The notes under the pieces: generated by a model | The model's input: only the letters and a program-made list of their open reading frames with translations | Databases searched by the model: none | What the model was told of the DNA's origin: nothing | Shown: positions 13,100-26,699 of the stretch, in pieces | Layout: each line of letters opens with the position of its first letter | Numbering within the stretch: the first letter of the stretch is position 1 | Position numbers and translations under genes: made by a program | Assembly: GCF_002113885.1 (NCBI RefSeq) | Contig: NW_018408850.1 | Coordinates: 222,739-286,738 of the forward strand | Length of the DNA stretch: 64,000 nucleotides | Direction: 5' to 3' | Origin: Mizuhopecten yessoensis | Lineage: Eukaryota

Positions 13100-13570
13100 A
13101 TTGATTCATCAATGTGTGACTCAAGAATTATGTACTATAAAACCGTTCTTTACATTCTTCCTTTTTCATGATACTATATTTCTAGATTTCTGATAATTTT
13201 CCAATCTGTAAGATTACCAGTATTGACAGCCTTCTTTCTAAGTCTTTCACGGATCTGACAATGTTTGCGTAAAACTGAGTCAAACCAGAGTTTGTAAGAC
13301 GGACGGATAGCTACGTCACGTTAGGAATACATATACGAACTAAATTAATTCTAAAACAATACTAGTAAGGTTGTCAGTAGCGGAGTCAATGGACGGAGCA
13401 GCTGTAATGACTGCTTGCCAATTATCACCATAAAGCAAATTATTAAGATTTTCAAAATCTGCTCTTCTGTAATTCCAAACTTGTAAGCACACTTGCAACT
13501 ACACGAAATTTAAGTCATAGACAGATAAGTTACTTTGTGGTTGCTAATCGCGTCATCCAACCCAAACACA
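13100..13570 (-). mobile_element. Decayed CR1-like LINE ORF2 fragment (endonuclease-RT linker)
   Basis: Minus-strand frames give VWNYRRADFENLNNLL..DNW..IDSATDNLT and, after a frameshift, KLWFDSVLRKHCQIRERLRKKAVNTGN. Confidence 0.6.
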
Positions 13571-13961
13571 CCACTATTGGGACATTTTAATGTTGTAACA
13601 GCTATATTTGGACCTAAACCAATTAAGGTGTTCATAGTAGCTTCACACATTTCTTAGGTTTAGGTCAAATTTCGGTAAAAATGCCAACTCCAATGATGAT
13701 CATTACCCGAGGTTGGAAATTAAGATGCGGAATTTGTGCATGTGTCCTACATTTCATGCACAAGTAATGGAGATCGAGTATATCAAGCTATTTTTTGAAA
13801 ATTACTTTAAAGGGCAACAAATATTCATTAAACGTCATCTTGCTGAAAAGATGAGTCCATAACTTTGTTGCCGGAAATTTAAAGCAAATGCAGTTTCAAA
13901 ATGAACGGAAGTTCCGTAAAAATAATAATGTGACTATATCATTTCCCGTCGTTGATTCAAC

Positions 13962-14084
13962 CACAGGGCCACGTTACAATCACAAATATGCTATACTGAT
14001 ATGGGTCACAACACACATAAACATACACTGTGTGTTGTGACCCATATCAGTATAGCATTTGTGTGATTGTAACGTGGCACTGTG
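13962..14084. repeat. Near-perfect palindrome (56-bp arms, 11-nt loop), MITE-like
   Basis: Arms 13962-14017 and 14029-14084 are complementary with about 3 mismatches. Confidence 0.9.
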
Positions 14085-14657
14085 ATTCAACTAACTATGA
14101 GGATTTTCATAAACCCATTGTGTTTAAAAAGAAATATAGTTTTGAGAAAGAAAAAAACCCGAATAAGATCTCCCTATTTCTACCTTGTGTCAAACTCTTG
14201 AACGGAGTATAGATCTAGATGCTCTATGTGCTGAGAGAGTGTGTTTTTTTTTTTTTTTTTTACTAATTTTAGTACCAAGTCCCTCTTATTGATTTAGCTA
14301 CATCATGATATATAATACTTATTTTTGTCCAACTTATTTGCGCAATATACTTTAAATTCAAATGATTGGCTATGTAGTTAAACGCTCGTGCTATTTTTAT
14401 AGTTAAATGTGTGCACTTAATAAATAATAAACTCTAAAGATGTGTCAAATATAAATGCGTTTAATTCAATGTGTCTTGCATTGTCAGCCATCCATTTTCA
14501 TTTTCCTTATGACTAATATGTGATACGATATTGTTTATTGTTTTATCATTATCTGTTATAAGACAGTCGGTTGTAAAGGCCATATAAGGTTTGTGTTCAA
14601 AACGTTGTTCAGTTTGTACTGATTAAAAATCACGGACTTAGATAGCTAATATAATTC

Positions 14658-14731
14658 CAGTGACGGATCCAGAGGGTTTTTTTGGGCTTCAGGGAACCCC
14701 CCCCNCAGATAGGTCTCTGGATCCGCCACTG
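14658..14731. mobile_element. Tiny non-autonomous DNA transposon with CAGTG.CGGATCCAGAG TIRs
   Basis: 17-bp TIRs with 1 mismatch, flanked on both sides by AATTC. Confidence 0.7.
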
Positions 14732-14916
14732 AATTCCGTGTTAAAAATAATATTACTTCACTTGATAGATTGGTGCAGGCCAGCTGTTTGTAGTTAAAGG
14801 GAGACAATCGTTATTTATCATTATTCGCTCTCCTATTTTGAAGGTACTTATTCTATGTGTTTATAAAAATCGTGAGGACGAAGTCCAGAAGTCCCTTCCC
14901 TGGAAACTTCGTCGAG

Positions 14917-17900
14917 ATGGCTGAACGGCTGAAGACCATCCGCAACCACCTGTGTCAGAGCAGAGTTGCTCTGCCGACGGTCAGTATTATTGATATGTAA
15001 CAGAGTAACTCTCATCAGACAGAGACTATTTGTTTACATCGAGGCCCAATGCAAGTCATCTGACCTGTCAAACTCTTGTCAACAAGTTCATGAAATTATG
15101 CCCAGTTGATTAAAGAATTAAATATGTTCTTGCTATCACTCAGACTGTACTGTGTCAAACTCTATTGTACTCTAAGCTTTTGCTGAAAGCATGTTTCAGG
15201 GACAATCCTCATCGAACGATTTTCTTTCGGATGACCCAATTTTAATTATAAACAGGTAAAGTAATAACCGTTACGTATATATCAGTACGTGTAGTTTTAG
15301 CAAATTAAAGGTGTTTGAAATTCTGACTATAAATTGAGATAAAAAAAATATTGAAATAAGGGTATTACCTTCTTTTTTTTATATGATTTTTATCTCAATT
15401 TACAGTCAGAATTTCAAACACCTGTGGTAACATGTACATGTACAGCTATGTTTGGACCTAAATTTAACTTATGTGTTTATACTATACGTCCCTGGTTTAT
15501 AGTAATTTTACTTTTTAAGGGTTTTTAATAGATCAATTTGAAGTAAAAATGCCATCCCCAATGATCATAATATTAACAATAATATTACTAATGCAAGCCC
15601 CATAAAAAGATATTATACATAGCTAGGTCAGAGTGACCCAAAATTCCAACCCCCTATTAGGTCTTATTCAAAGACACCGCTTCATTATCAGATTTCATAT
15701 ATGTAATTTGATTATACTGAACTTGTATCTTAGCTATTAAAATGGTACATAGTGACGTTAGCGTAGTCATCATGAAGTATATAAGGCTGTGTGGGCTTCT
15801 TAAATATAGCTACAGAACTAAGAGTCACCGCAAAATAGTCATGCAGAGCTTCAATTCTCATAAACACATCCTGGGGCTGGATGCATGTCCGTTAGTCCTT
15901 GTTCTGGGAACTGCAAACATATTGTAATCCAGGTATTAGTTCATACCTATATGGGACCTAACAAAGGCCATAATTATGGTTGTTGTTATTGTCAAAGGGT
16001 GACTTCGGCATAGTAATTGAGATTGATAGCACTCCATAGCATCAGATCACAGGGGCATGCAACTACTACTTATATTGATCTTGTTAGACTTTGTATTGCA
16101 AGGGATACAACATACCCAGCGACTGAAAGTCTAACAATTCACAAGATCAACCCAATACACCGTTCCTTACATATCTGACCTTACATATTTAACTTGGATA
16201 GTAGCATATACATGTACATTGTATGTCAAAATTTGTTCAGACCGTATTGAGCTGACAGCAGAGGATTTGTTTTAAGTCCTACAGTCAGAATACAATCTGT
16301 GTATTTGTGTATTTACATATACATATCTACATCTATGTTCTACTTTGGACCCTTGACATTATGTAAGAACGTGCACAACGATGTGTATTCATCATATCAA
16401 TTAATGTTTTTATCAGCTTGCCATGATTACATGGATACACTGACTATATATTGTGGTAGAGTTAAATACACATCAGTTACACAAGTGATCAGACTTTGAA
16501 TGCATATATATTTATTGTGAAATCGTTACGTTCACTTTAGATAAAACAGTGCAGTGTATATATATGCGTGTACACTTTATCTGTATCAAAATTATTAACT
16601 GGCGCTTCACTTGCGTAATTATCTTTATGGATGCAGTTTAATATGTCCCCAATTTACTGAGACATCAAATTCACCACACAAAGGAAAATCATCAAAACAA
16701 TTTCATGAATGTTAATTGTAACATTTCAACTACCAGGTACATAATTAATTAATTTGGTGAATGTGAATCAGTCCACCTTGACATTTTTTCCAAAACAAAA
16801 TCTCAATAAAAAAAGTACCTGTGCACTAACTATCTATAGTGTGCACAATTCACAAATATTTATGGTAAATGGAGGTTTGGGCTTTTATTTCTAAAACAAA
16901 GAATTCCATTATTTAATAAACAGAACTTTGCATGTATGTAAAACATATTTTCAGTTTAAATACTACAAAATAATACTTAACATATAAAATAGTATGTACA
17001 CATTACCACATGCAATACAGTTACAAATTATGAGAAGCCAAGCTCAGATTCATAAAGATTTAGAAAGAGTGATTAGAAGAGAGAGATTTTTATAGATGTT
17101 TAGCGATATAATGCTTTGGAAAATGAATAAAACTTCTTTTTATATTAAATGGCAAAAACATTTCAGCACATTGGATATAAATCAAGTATCACATTTTGTA
17201 CCAGATTCAGTGGTGTTGTTGCTCATCATTTCTATTTTCATTATTATATTCATTGTATGTTTATACTGGTTAAGTGACATATGTTATAATGAGTAAATAA
17301 ACTGACCATCCTGCTATTTATCCACAGACACACGAGACAACAGCCCAGCTGTCGATGCCCAGTGATCAGTTTGAGTACACATTACAGTCACCGTTACTTA
17401 GCAATGAACAACGGGCAGCTTACGAGAAAGATGGATTCCTGGTCATCAAAGGACTAGTTCCTAAAGAGGACCTAGAGAGATATAGGTACAAATGTACTTA
17501 GAACTGACATCAGTCCTTTATAGACATACTCTTATAATGTCTATCCTTATTCTTTATCCAGTCATATATATTGGTATATTCTTGAACGAGCAGGTCAAGC
17601 TTAGAAAATGTGTAGACTGTTTCCAATATTTTGGTAGGCATTCTTTGGTGATTCTATTGGATTCTATAAAACCATCATACAATCAGGAATACATTTAATT
17701 TTTGGGATGTATGCAGAATTTCTATTAATTTGAAAATAATTTTTCACTTCTTCAGAACTGTATTGAATTAGAACCGTTACAAGTTTTTGACTTTTGAAGT
17801 GACTTGTCCCAAATTCAAACACAAGAGTATATATCCATAAAAAAAATCTACTCATTTGAACTCGACCAGTGCAATTATCATGAGTGTGACATTATTATAT

Positions 17901-20900
17901 AGATAACAGATATCTAGTGATATCGTTGACAACAATGATATCGTATGATAACAGCATATATATAATGGCCTACAATGAAGATACTGTACAACAGACATAG
18001 TCTGTAATGTGGGCCACATCCTATACACATGAATAATATGCTTATATTCATATCCGTATATTAATATTACCACCTGATGTAATATTATCTGTGTCGGAAG
18101 AACACATTTGTAGCTACAGGCTTGCCTTAAATTAAGTCACCGGTTAAATACGATGATGTATATGATTACACTGTATAATGTAGTTTGTTGTTGGCTCTGA
18201 TTACATAATGTAACTGTACAGAAATATAAATTAAGTAGGCTTTAATATATGAAGTAATGTAGTGAAATTTATGTAAAATAATGACATGTTTCTTCAGCAG
18301 ACTCTAAACTATAAATAGTGCAATTGCTTAGTCTCCAAACAGATTGCTGATATATTTAAAAGTAGACGGTGGAGTGTTGACAGATTATAGTACCATATAC
18401 AGTTTATTTTTGATGAAAAAAAAATGCCCGATGCTCATGGAATACAGGCTTTTGTTCACTACTCACTGTATTTAAATAAGAACACTGGTAATGTATAATA
18501 AATCCTTAAGTATTATTATTAGTAGTAGTTATGTGATTTAAGTGGACTATAATGTGGAGATAAGGTAGTGTAATATATAACTGACGTTGACTCAGGGCCC
18601 AGTTTGAGAAGATCTGTCGTAATGAAGTCAATGTTCCTGGTATCACCATCATGCGTGACATCACCATCGCCAAGACGGAGTATGTCGCTGATCAGAAGGC
18701 CATAACAAAAGTTCAGGACTACCAGAACGACGAGGTCCTCTACAGCTACTGCACCAAACCAGAGGTACGATAAATTTACTGTACCATACCTCTATCTATA
18801 CCAAACCAGAGGTATGATATATTTACTGTACCATACCTCTATCTATACCAAACCAGAGGTACGATATATTTACTGTACCAAACCAGAGGTACGATATATT
18901 AACTGTACCAAACTAGAGGTACGATATATTTACTGTACCAAACCAGAGGTACAATATATATACTGTACCAAACCAGAGGTACAATATATTTACTGTACCA
19001 AACTAGAGGTACGATATATTTACTGTACCAAACCAGAGGTACGATATATTAACTGTACCAACCTAGAGGTACGATATATTTACTGTACCAAACCAGAGGT
19101 ACGATATATTAACTGTACCAACCTAGAGGTACGATATATTTACTGTACCAAACCAGAGGTACAATATATATACTGTACCAAACCAGAGGTACAATATATA
19201 TACTTTACCAAACCAGAGGTACAATATATATACTGTACCAAACCAGAGGTACAATATATATATACTGTACCAAACCAGAGGTACAATATATATACTTTAC
19301 CAAACCAGAGGTACAATATATATATATACTGTACCAAACCAGAGGTACAAAATACACTTATATACTGTACCAAACCAGAGGTACAATATATATACTGCAC
19401 CTAACCAGAGGTACAATATATATACTGCACCAAACCAGAGGTACAATATATTTACTGTACCAAACTAGAGGTACAATATATATACTGTACCTCTGGTTTG
19501 GTGCAGTATATATATTGTACATCTGGTTTGGTACAGTAAATATATTGTACCTCTGGTTTGGTGCAGTAAATATATTATTCCTCTGGTTTGGTACAGTAAT
19601 TATATAACCTCTGGTTTGGTGCAGTATATATATTGTATCTCTGGTTAGGTGCAGTATATATATTGTACCTCTGGTTAGGTGCAGTATATATATTGTTCCT
19701 CTGGTTTGGTACAGTATATAAGTGTACCAAACCAGAGGTACAATATATATAAATGTACCAATTAAACCAGAGGTACAATTTAAATACTCTACCAAACCAG
19801 AGGTACAATATATATACTGCACCAAACCAGAGGTACGATAAATTTACTGTACCAAACCAGAGGGACAATATATTTACTTTACCAAACCAGAGGTACAATA
19901 TATATAAATGTACCAATTAAACCAGAGATACAATTTAAATACTCTACCAAACCAGAGGTACAATATATATACTGCACTAAACCAGAGGTACAATATATAT
20001 ACTGCACTAAACCAGAGGTATATTATATATACTGTAGTAGAAAACAAGTAAGCACATTTGTTCTGCCCCAATTATGGAAATAAAACAAATGCAGGGTCCT
20101 GACCAAGTTATGTACTATATATTGAAGAAGGCCCAGTTTTTAATTTCTATGTTTGTGGTGATGTAATTGACCCTGTACTAAGCTTACATTAACAAGCCCA
20201 TGCCATGATCATGATTTTAGAAAAAAAATGTTTTTCTGCCTATGCTAATTGGGGTAACATGATTACCCCATTTCCAATGCAAAATGGTCATTTTTATTCC
20301 TGAATCAGACTTTTAAATTCCCAACCAGTAAAAGAAAAAAAAAGAAAGAAAAAAAAGTTTATTCCAACCCCAAAATCACTATATATTGAACTAAATTATA
20401 ACCAAAGCAAACTTATTATGAAAATTCAAACACATGTTCAAAATTCTTCCTTGCCTCTCTCGTTCCCCAGACCAACCCACCCAACCCCCTCTAACAAAAA
20501 AGGGGGGTAATTATATATTCCCAAAGATAAAAAAAAAATACTCCCAAAGTCAGACTTATGAGAATTCAAAGAGCTTGCATACCAAATTTAAATAAAAGTA
20601 GTTGTACTTTTTTTGTAAATATGATCTTGACCCTAACAGACTACTGGGAATGAAATTGTTTCCTACCTTTGATAATGTATATTTACTCCAGACCTCCATG
20701 TATGTGACACATTGATGTTATCCCTTACAGATTGTCGACTATGTGGAAGCCTTCGTCGGTCCCAATGTCAAATCTATGCACACCATGCTCATCAACAAAC
20801 CACCAGATCCAGGTAATAATATATGTATTCAAGTTTTGTTAAATAAACTGTTCAGGTTGTTTTCAGATTTTTGTGATTTTCACGGTAACAGTTGTGTCTG

Positions 20901-23424
20901 TTTGGTAAAATAAAACGACATGTAATATTATAAGACTCTTTCATGCTTAGGGGTTCCGGTGTAGGATAGGGAAATTCCACCAGTGGGTTTTTCAAATTTG
21001 GTAAAACCCGAGGCTTTAAAGGCACGAAAGAGTATTTTTCTCTCATTCCAACCACTAGAAAAAGCTCAGAAACCATGAAAATGCATTTGGACTGGCCACC
21101 ATTTTGTAAATATCAATTTTTCTCCTGAGCATTTTAGATGAAAAAACAATTCTGTCAGCCAGATTAAGCATACCCAATATTTGCAAACAGAGTTTGCGCA
21201 GAAAAGTTATTCATTTATTTCTAACGTGTACGGTAAATATGTCTTAAAAAGTTTTAATTTCATCATGTCGCCTTTTCCGGATTGCAGCATCAGAGATTTC
21301 CAAATTTGTGACGTTACGTCTTTGTTGAGTCATTGTGACATCACGTCATTGTAACGTCACGTCACATGAAATGGGATGCAAGATAGAAATTTCTTACACC
21401 CCTTTTTTTACCCTGGACAGCTCTATCTTACACACACGGAAATGAGAGAAATCATGTATAATCAATCAGTTTGATGGGTAGTTACACCTAAGACATAAAT
21501 TTGCATTTGCCAACAGACAAAATCTTCTAGCCCAGACACATCAGACAACAGTCTTTTCTTATCCTGTATAGGAAGGGGTTTTGTCAAGTTTCACATGTTA
21601 ATGAACATGATGATTCACCATTGGTTGAAATGATTTATGTATATTATCTCCCGGACAGGCATGAAGTCATCCCGTCACCCCATGCACCAGGATCTGTACT
21701 ACTTTCCCTTCCGACCGGCCAAACGGGTTGTGTGTTCCTGGACCGCCATGGAGAGAGTGGACAGAAAGAATGGCTGTCTGGTGGTACTGCCTGGTACCCA
21801 TAAAGGGAAATTACTGAAGCATGATTACCCACAATGGGAGGTAAGATATACTGTGTTTCATACATGCTATGTCCCCATATTTTGAAGTTTGTCTCATATA
21901 TTTTACCATAAAACGCTGAAACTAAAGAAACTTCTAAAGAATCTGAATCTCCCTACATTTGAATGGGATGTTAGAAATAAATAACTTTTTTTGAAAACAT
22001 GTCTAATAAACACTATTACGTGAGTTTCTATTTTTTTTTTTTTTTTACATGAAGCCTTGATTGATGAAATATTATTCAATATGAAAGAAAATAGATTATT
22101 CTGGAACTTGTAAAAGAATACTTGCAATGAGAATCTCCCTACCAAAGACTACTGAAGTCATCACATGTTTACCAGAATAGGGCTACGACAAGAGCTTGGA
22201 AACATCTGATGACATACCACTGATATCAGAATACAATAGCTTTTGTACGGGTTGCCAACCTTTACTGGGGAGTTCATCTTCGCTAGCAAAGTTTTTTGCT
22301 TCGTATTCGAAGTGAACCCTTGACTTGCGAAGATGCGGGGAGTTCATTTATTCTAATAACATTGTATTATAAAGATTTTGGTCAGTTACTCTACAGATGT
22401 GTCATGTGTCATGCTGAATATGTTATCATGTAGAATTTCATTGTGTTGTGATTAGGGTGGTGTTAACAAATATTACCACGGTGTTCGTGACTACGATCCC
22501 AAGGCCCCCAGAGTCCACCTCGTCATGGAACCAGGAGACACTGTCTTTTTCCACCCACTGTTGATCCATGGGTCTGGCATGAACAGGACAGAGGGGTTCA
22601 GAAAGGTAAAGTTAAAATATGTATAGCCAATTGCAACATGTTTTGCAAATAAGATAACAAAATAAAAGTTTAAAAGAATTATACACTTCACATCAGTTAG
22701 TGTTTAAGATGTAATGGATTCCACCAAAGAGAAAAATTAAAGCTGGTTTGAGGGTAAATTATCCTCTCTTTTATACAGAAGGGAAGTAACTCATACAAGC
22801 TTATGAGAATTTTTTTTCTGAAACAACTGTTTCAGTTTTATTTTGCATTTGAAATAATATATATTTCACAAGGAAGGATGCAGCTTTTTAAGAATTATGG
22901 GGAGATTTTTGGCGAGAATATCTGTAAAAAATGTGGCACAATTTCTGGTCGTCCTGCTGTTCCGACACAAATATATTGATATTATCTTAAGCATCCTGTT
23001 AAATCAAAAGTTCATTGATATTATCTGAAGTATCAGACAAAAAGTACATTGATGTAACAGAATATTGAGTTCCTCCGTTCAATAATAGTGTCTTGTTTAC
23101 AGGCAATATCCTGCCACTACTGTAGCAGTGACTGTCATTTTGTGGATGTGAAGGACACAGTTCAGCAAACCATTGCAGATGAAATTGCAGAAATGGCCAA
23201 CAAGAAATACGGCATTGCTAAGGAAGATGTTGACTTCACGGTAAGTAGCTGATAATATATCATGATCTGAATCGTCCACCATTTAAATCGTCAAATATAT
23301 TTGTCTTGAAAGACTGCACTTTGTATTGGAATATACGTTGGGTTTGAATAAAAGTTGTGTGTTTATTTTGCAGGCGATTTGGAAAATGAGAAGCAGAGAC
23401 ATCAGAGGGACCTCAACATGGTGA
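14917..23424 (+). CDS. PHYH: Peroxisomal phytanoyl-CoA dioxygenase (330 aa)
   Basis: Exons 14917-14979, 17328-17485, 18596-18764, 20731-20812, 21659-21840, 22456-22605, 23103-23240 and 23374-23424 total 993 nt. PTS2 RLKTIRNHL; [11 protein letters not shown]; [14 protein letters not shown] (HxD iron ligands); [11 protein letters not shown]; GFRKAISCHY. Confidence 0.96.
15309..15423. repeat. Palindrome (37-bp arms), MITE-like, in PHYH intron 1
   Basis: AGGTGTTTGAAATTCTGACT.TAAATTGAGATAAAAA and its reverse complement, 1 mismatch. Confidence 0.85.
18747..20035. repeat. ~30-bp minisatellite (about 40 units) derived from the PHYH exon 3/intron 3 junction, with an inverted block at ~19487-19726
   Basis: Unit TACTGTACCAAACCAGAG|GTACAATATATA; the first unit is the real exon end (YCTKPE) plus its donor. 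Confidence 0.95.
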
Positions 23425-24908
23425 AGTGACCCCAAGAACAATTGTACCTGCCCACCCTTAAAACTACAGTAAACTGGTCTAGATCAGAGAACAGAAGAGT
23501 CTAAAAGCCAGGATGGTGGACAAAAAATTGTGAAACTTAAATTATGTATCATAAAACAGTGATTTGTTTCTGATTTTGTTGATTAGAAGATGGTAAACAA
23601 ACTCAATACATTTCAACAAGACTTCTGATGCTGACACTTGAAAATTGTCAATTTGGAAATATCTGTGACTCAAAGTTCACCAAACGTTTTCTGATGAAAA
23701 TGTGCCTGTGTCTTTCATAATTTAATGTGATGTGAAACAATGGTTATCTGTACTATCACACTGACTCGCTTTATTAATTGATGCAAAGACGTCTGATGAC
23801 AGTATTTCATAAAAGAAATGATAAAAATGGTCCATATGTTGTGTTGTCTTCCCGTTCCCAGAAACTAGAAACCAGTAGTGTGAATGTTGACAATGTATGA
23901 CCGGAAGTGAATGCTACAGGAAATAACCACTACATTCTAGAAGTATGACTCTTGTCAGTGTATAATTGGAAATCAGTTCTGTTTCTGTTGCTGTTCATCA
24001 AAGATAGTTAGGCTTTATTCCTCAGAAAAAACCCAAATGATAAACACCATAAAGCATGTCTCCAAAGACTTGTGCAGTTATTTAAAATGTTAATACCATT
24101 TCATTTTTTTTATTTAGAGAAACCTTAATCATATTGGATTTTGTGAGTGTAAAACAATATCCCCAAAAATCTATTGTTTCTCTGTCCAACTTTCTTTAAT
24201 TTTCCTATCAAAACATGACATACCTAAATATGTATTTTATCATTACCCATCACTGTTGGTAATAACTGGGGGTTATGATTGAAGTTTTAATTTCATACAG
24301 AATGTTGTATCATTTTACTGTTACACTCATGCAAGTCGATGTATATGCCTCTGTACCATTACCTCAAAAACTGACGAGAATGATGATGTATTTGTGAATT
24401 GGGCCAGTTAACATGATGTATAGTAAATAGGGATATTTTTTTGTAGGTACCTTTTTGCAGAGTTTCTCTAAAATATTGTTATTCAAAAAATTGTAAACAT
24501 TAAAACTGAGAATTTGTTTAATGATTGGTGAACTTGTACAGAAAATGTCAGATAGGTATTACAGTGCCTCTACAGCAGTGGGACTGGGTACCTGATCAAG
24601 TGAATATCTGCTTTAGTGTTATAACCTTGGACCCATCTGTTCAAAGTTTGGTTTGCTTAAAGACAACTTAACACAAAATTTAAACTATCATTATATCTTC
24701 AATGTTGAATTGATCATCTACTGATAACAAACACTAAAATATTGTAAATGTTTACATAGTTCTCAAACATCTTTTTTTTTAATATTTGCGTGAACAGCTG
24801 GTTAAGCTAACCAGACTTTGAACAGATTAGTTCAGGGCTCTATAATATAATGTATTGTTAGTTTGCAGTTGTAATTTATTGATAAAATAATGATGTGATG
24901 AATTTGTT

Positions 24909-24914
24909 ATTAAA
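24909..24914 (+). terminator. Candidate PHYH polyadenylation signal
   Basis: ATTAAA followed by a GT/T-rich tract (GTTTGTTGTTTATTTGTT). Confidence 0.35.
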
Positions 24915-25337
24915 GAATGATTATTTTCAAGTTTGTTGTTTATTTGTTCTATTTAGTACTCCGCAGTAAGAAGAGTCACCTTTTAAACTATGGAAGGGAG
25001 ATAAATTGTTGTTATTACAACATACTAAAACACGTCAGAACATGGTCTTTTTAGTGTTTTTATTGTTAAATGTACCAAATATAGTACGTCTATAAAAAGT
25101 ACAATAAATAAAGGTTAATTAAAGACAAAACGTTAATGCGTAGTACCAAGTATCTCCACACATATACAGTGTATATAGAGGTTTCCCCAAATAATGATCG
25201 TTATCATGTTTATCTAACTGGAGTGACATGTACTGTAGTTAATTTTTAGATTTTAAAAAGACGAGGTGTATCCAGTGTTTTTTGCAATATTAACTAATGA
25301 GAGTTGGATAAAGATGATAATCAGCCATCATCAGTTT

Positions 25338-26049
25338 GTGGACATGTGTCTCCCACAACGATCAGATAGTATATCCAGAAAACCAAAAGTATGTGGCCCT
25401 CTGTCTCCCACAACGATCAGATAGTATATCCAGAAAACCGTAAGTGTGTGGACCTCTGTTTCCTACAACGATCAGATATTATATCCAGAAAACCATAAGT
25501 TTTTGGACCTCTGTCTCCCACAACGATCAGATATTATATCCAGAAAACCATAAGTTTTTGGACCTCTGTCTCCCACAACGATCAGATATTATATCCAGAA
25601 AACCATAAGTTTGTGTGACCTCTGTCTCCCACAACGATCAGATAGAATATCCAGAAAACCGTAAGTGTGTGGACCTCTGTCTCCTACAACGATCAGATAT
25701 TATATCCAGAAAACCGTAAGTTTGTTGACCTCTGTCTCCTACAACGATCAGATATTATATCCAGAAAACCTTAAGTTTGTGGACCTCTGTCTCCTACAAC
25801 GATCAGATAATATATCCAGAAAACCATAAGTTTGTGGACCTCTGTCTCCCACAACGATCAGATAGTATATCCAGAAAACCATAAGTATGTGGACCTCTGT
25901 CTCCCTCAACGATCAGATACTATATCCAGAAAACCGTAAGTTTGTTGCCCTCCGTCTCCTACAACGATCAGATATTATATCCAGAAAGCCGTAAGTTTGT
26001 TGACCTCTGTCTCCTACAACGATCGGATATTATATCCAGAAAACCGTAA
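25338..26049. repeat. 55-bp minisatellite, 13 copies
   Basis: Unit GGACCTCTGTCTCCYACAACGATCAGATATTATATCCAGAAAACCRTAAGTTTGT. Confidence 0.95.
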
Positions 26050-26699
26050 TTTTCTCTTGGGAATACATTATTATTATTATAGTGCTATGAACTACTGTAT
26101 GATGTCAAAGTAGAAAATGAACTTGCAGATCATTGTTACTTGACTTCAAAATTAGTAAATTGACCAATGAAATAACGTCTTGAGTGGTTACACAGGTCGT
26201 AAACGAAAACCTTTACCAGTTCCTGTACCTAGCAGGTTTATCTAATGAGTTGGGAGTGAGGAAACCTATACCTACAGTGGTTGTTGGAATAATAGTGTGT
26301 CGATACTTCTCTTTTATACACTTGTGAGTCCCCCGTTTGAACCTATATATAATAGTAGGTAATCCATTCATCCATAAAAGAGGAGTCGTCTTTCAAATAT
26401 TTGCCACTTGGGCCACCTACAGCCCTACAGCCCTAAAGACGGCCACACCCCTAAGCTTGTTTTCGCAAAGAGTTGTCAGTGTCAGACCGACTTTTATTTA
26501 AAATCACTCCAGACAAAGTGAAGTGGTGTTTTAAAGATTTACCAGCATTTCATTTACAAAGATCAGTGTGTCGCACTGTGGGTGTAGAAGATCACCATTT
26601 GTTTATACAATCTTGAGTTCCCTTGATGCAGTGGTGTTTCATATCAAAACAGATTAAAATCCACCCACCTCTACTTAAGGAGTAGTCTTAATATCTTTA

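Noticed and set aside
18814-19404. 196-aa repetitive ORF ([10 protein letters not shown])n and overlapping ORFs
   Set aside because: Product of the intronic minisatellite; separated from the PHYH exon by a stop codon.
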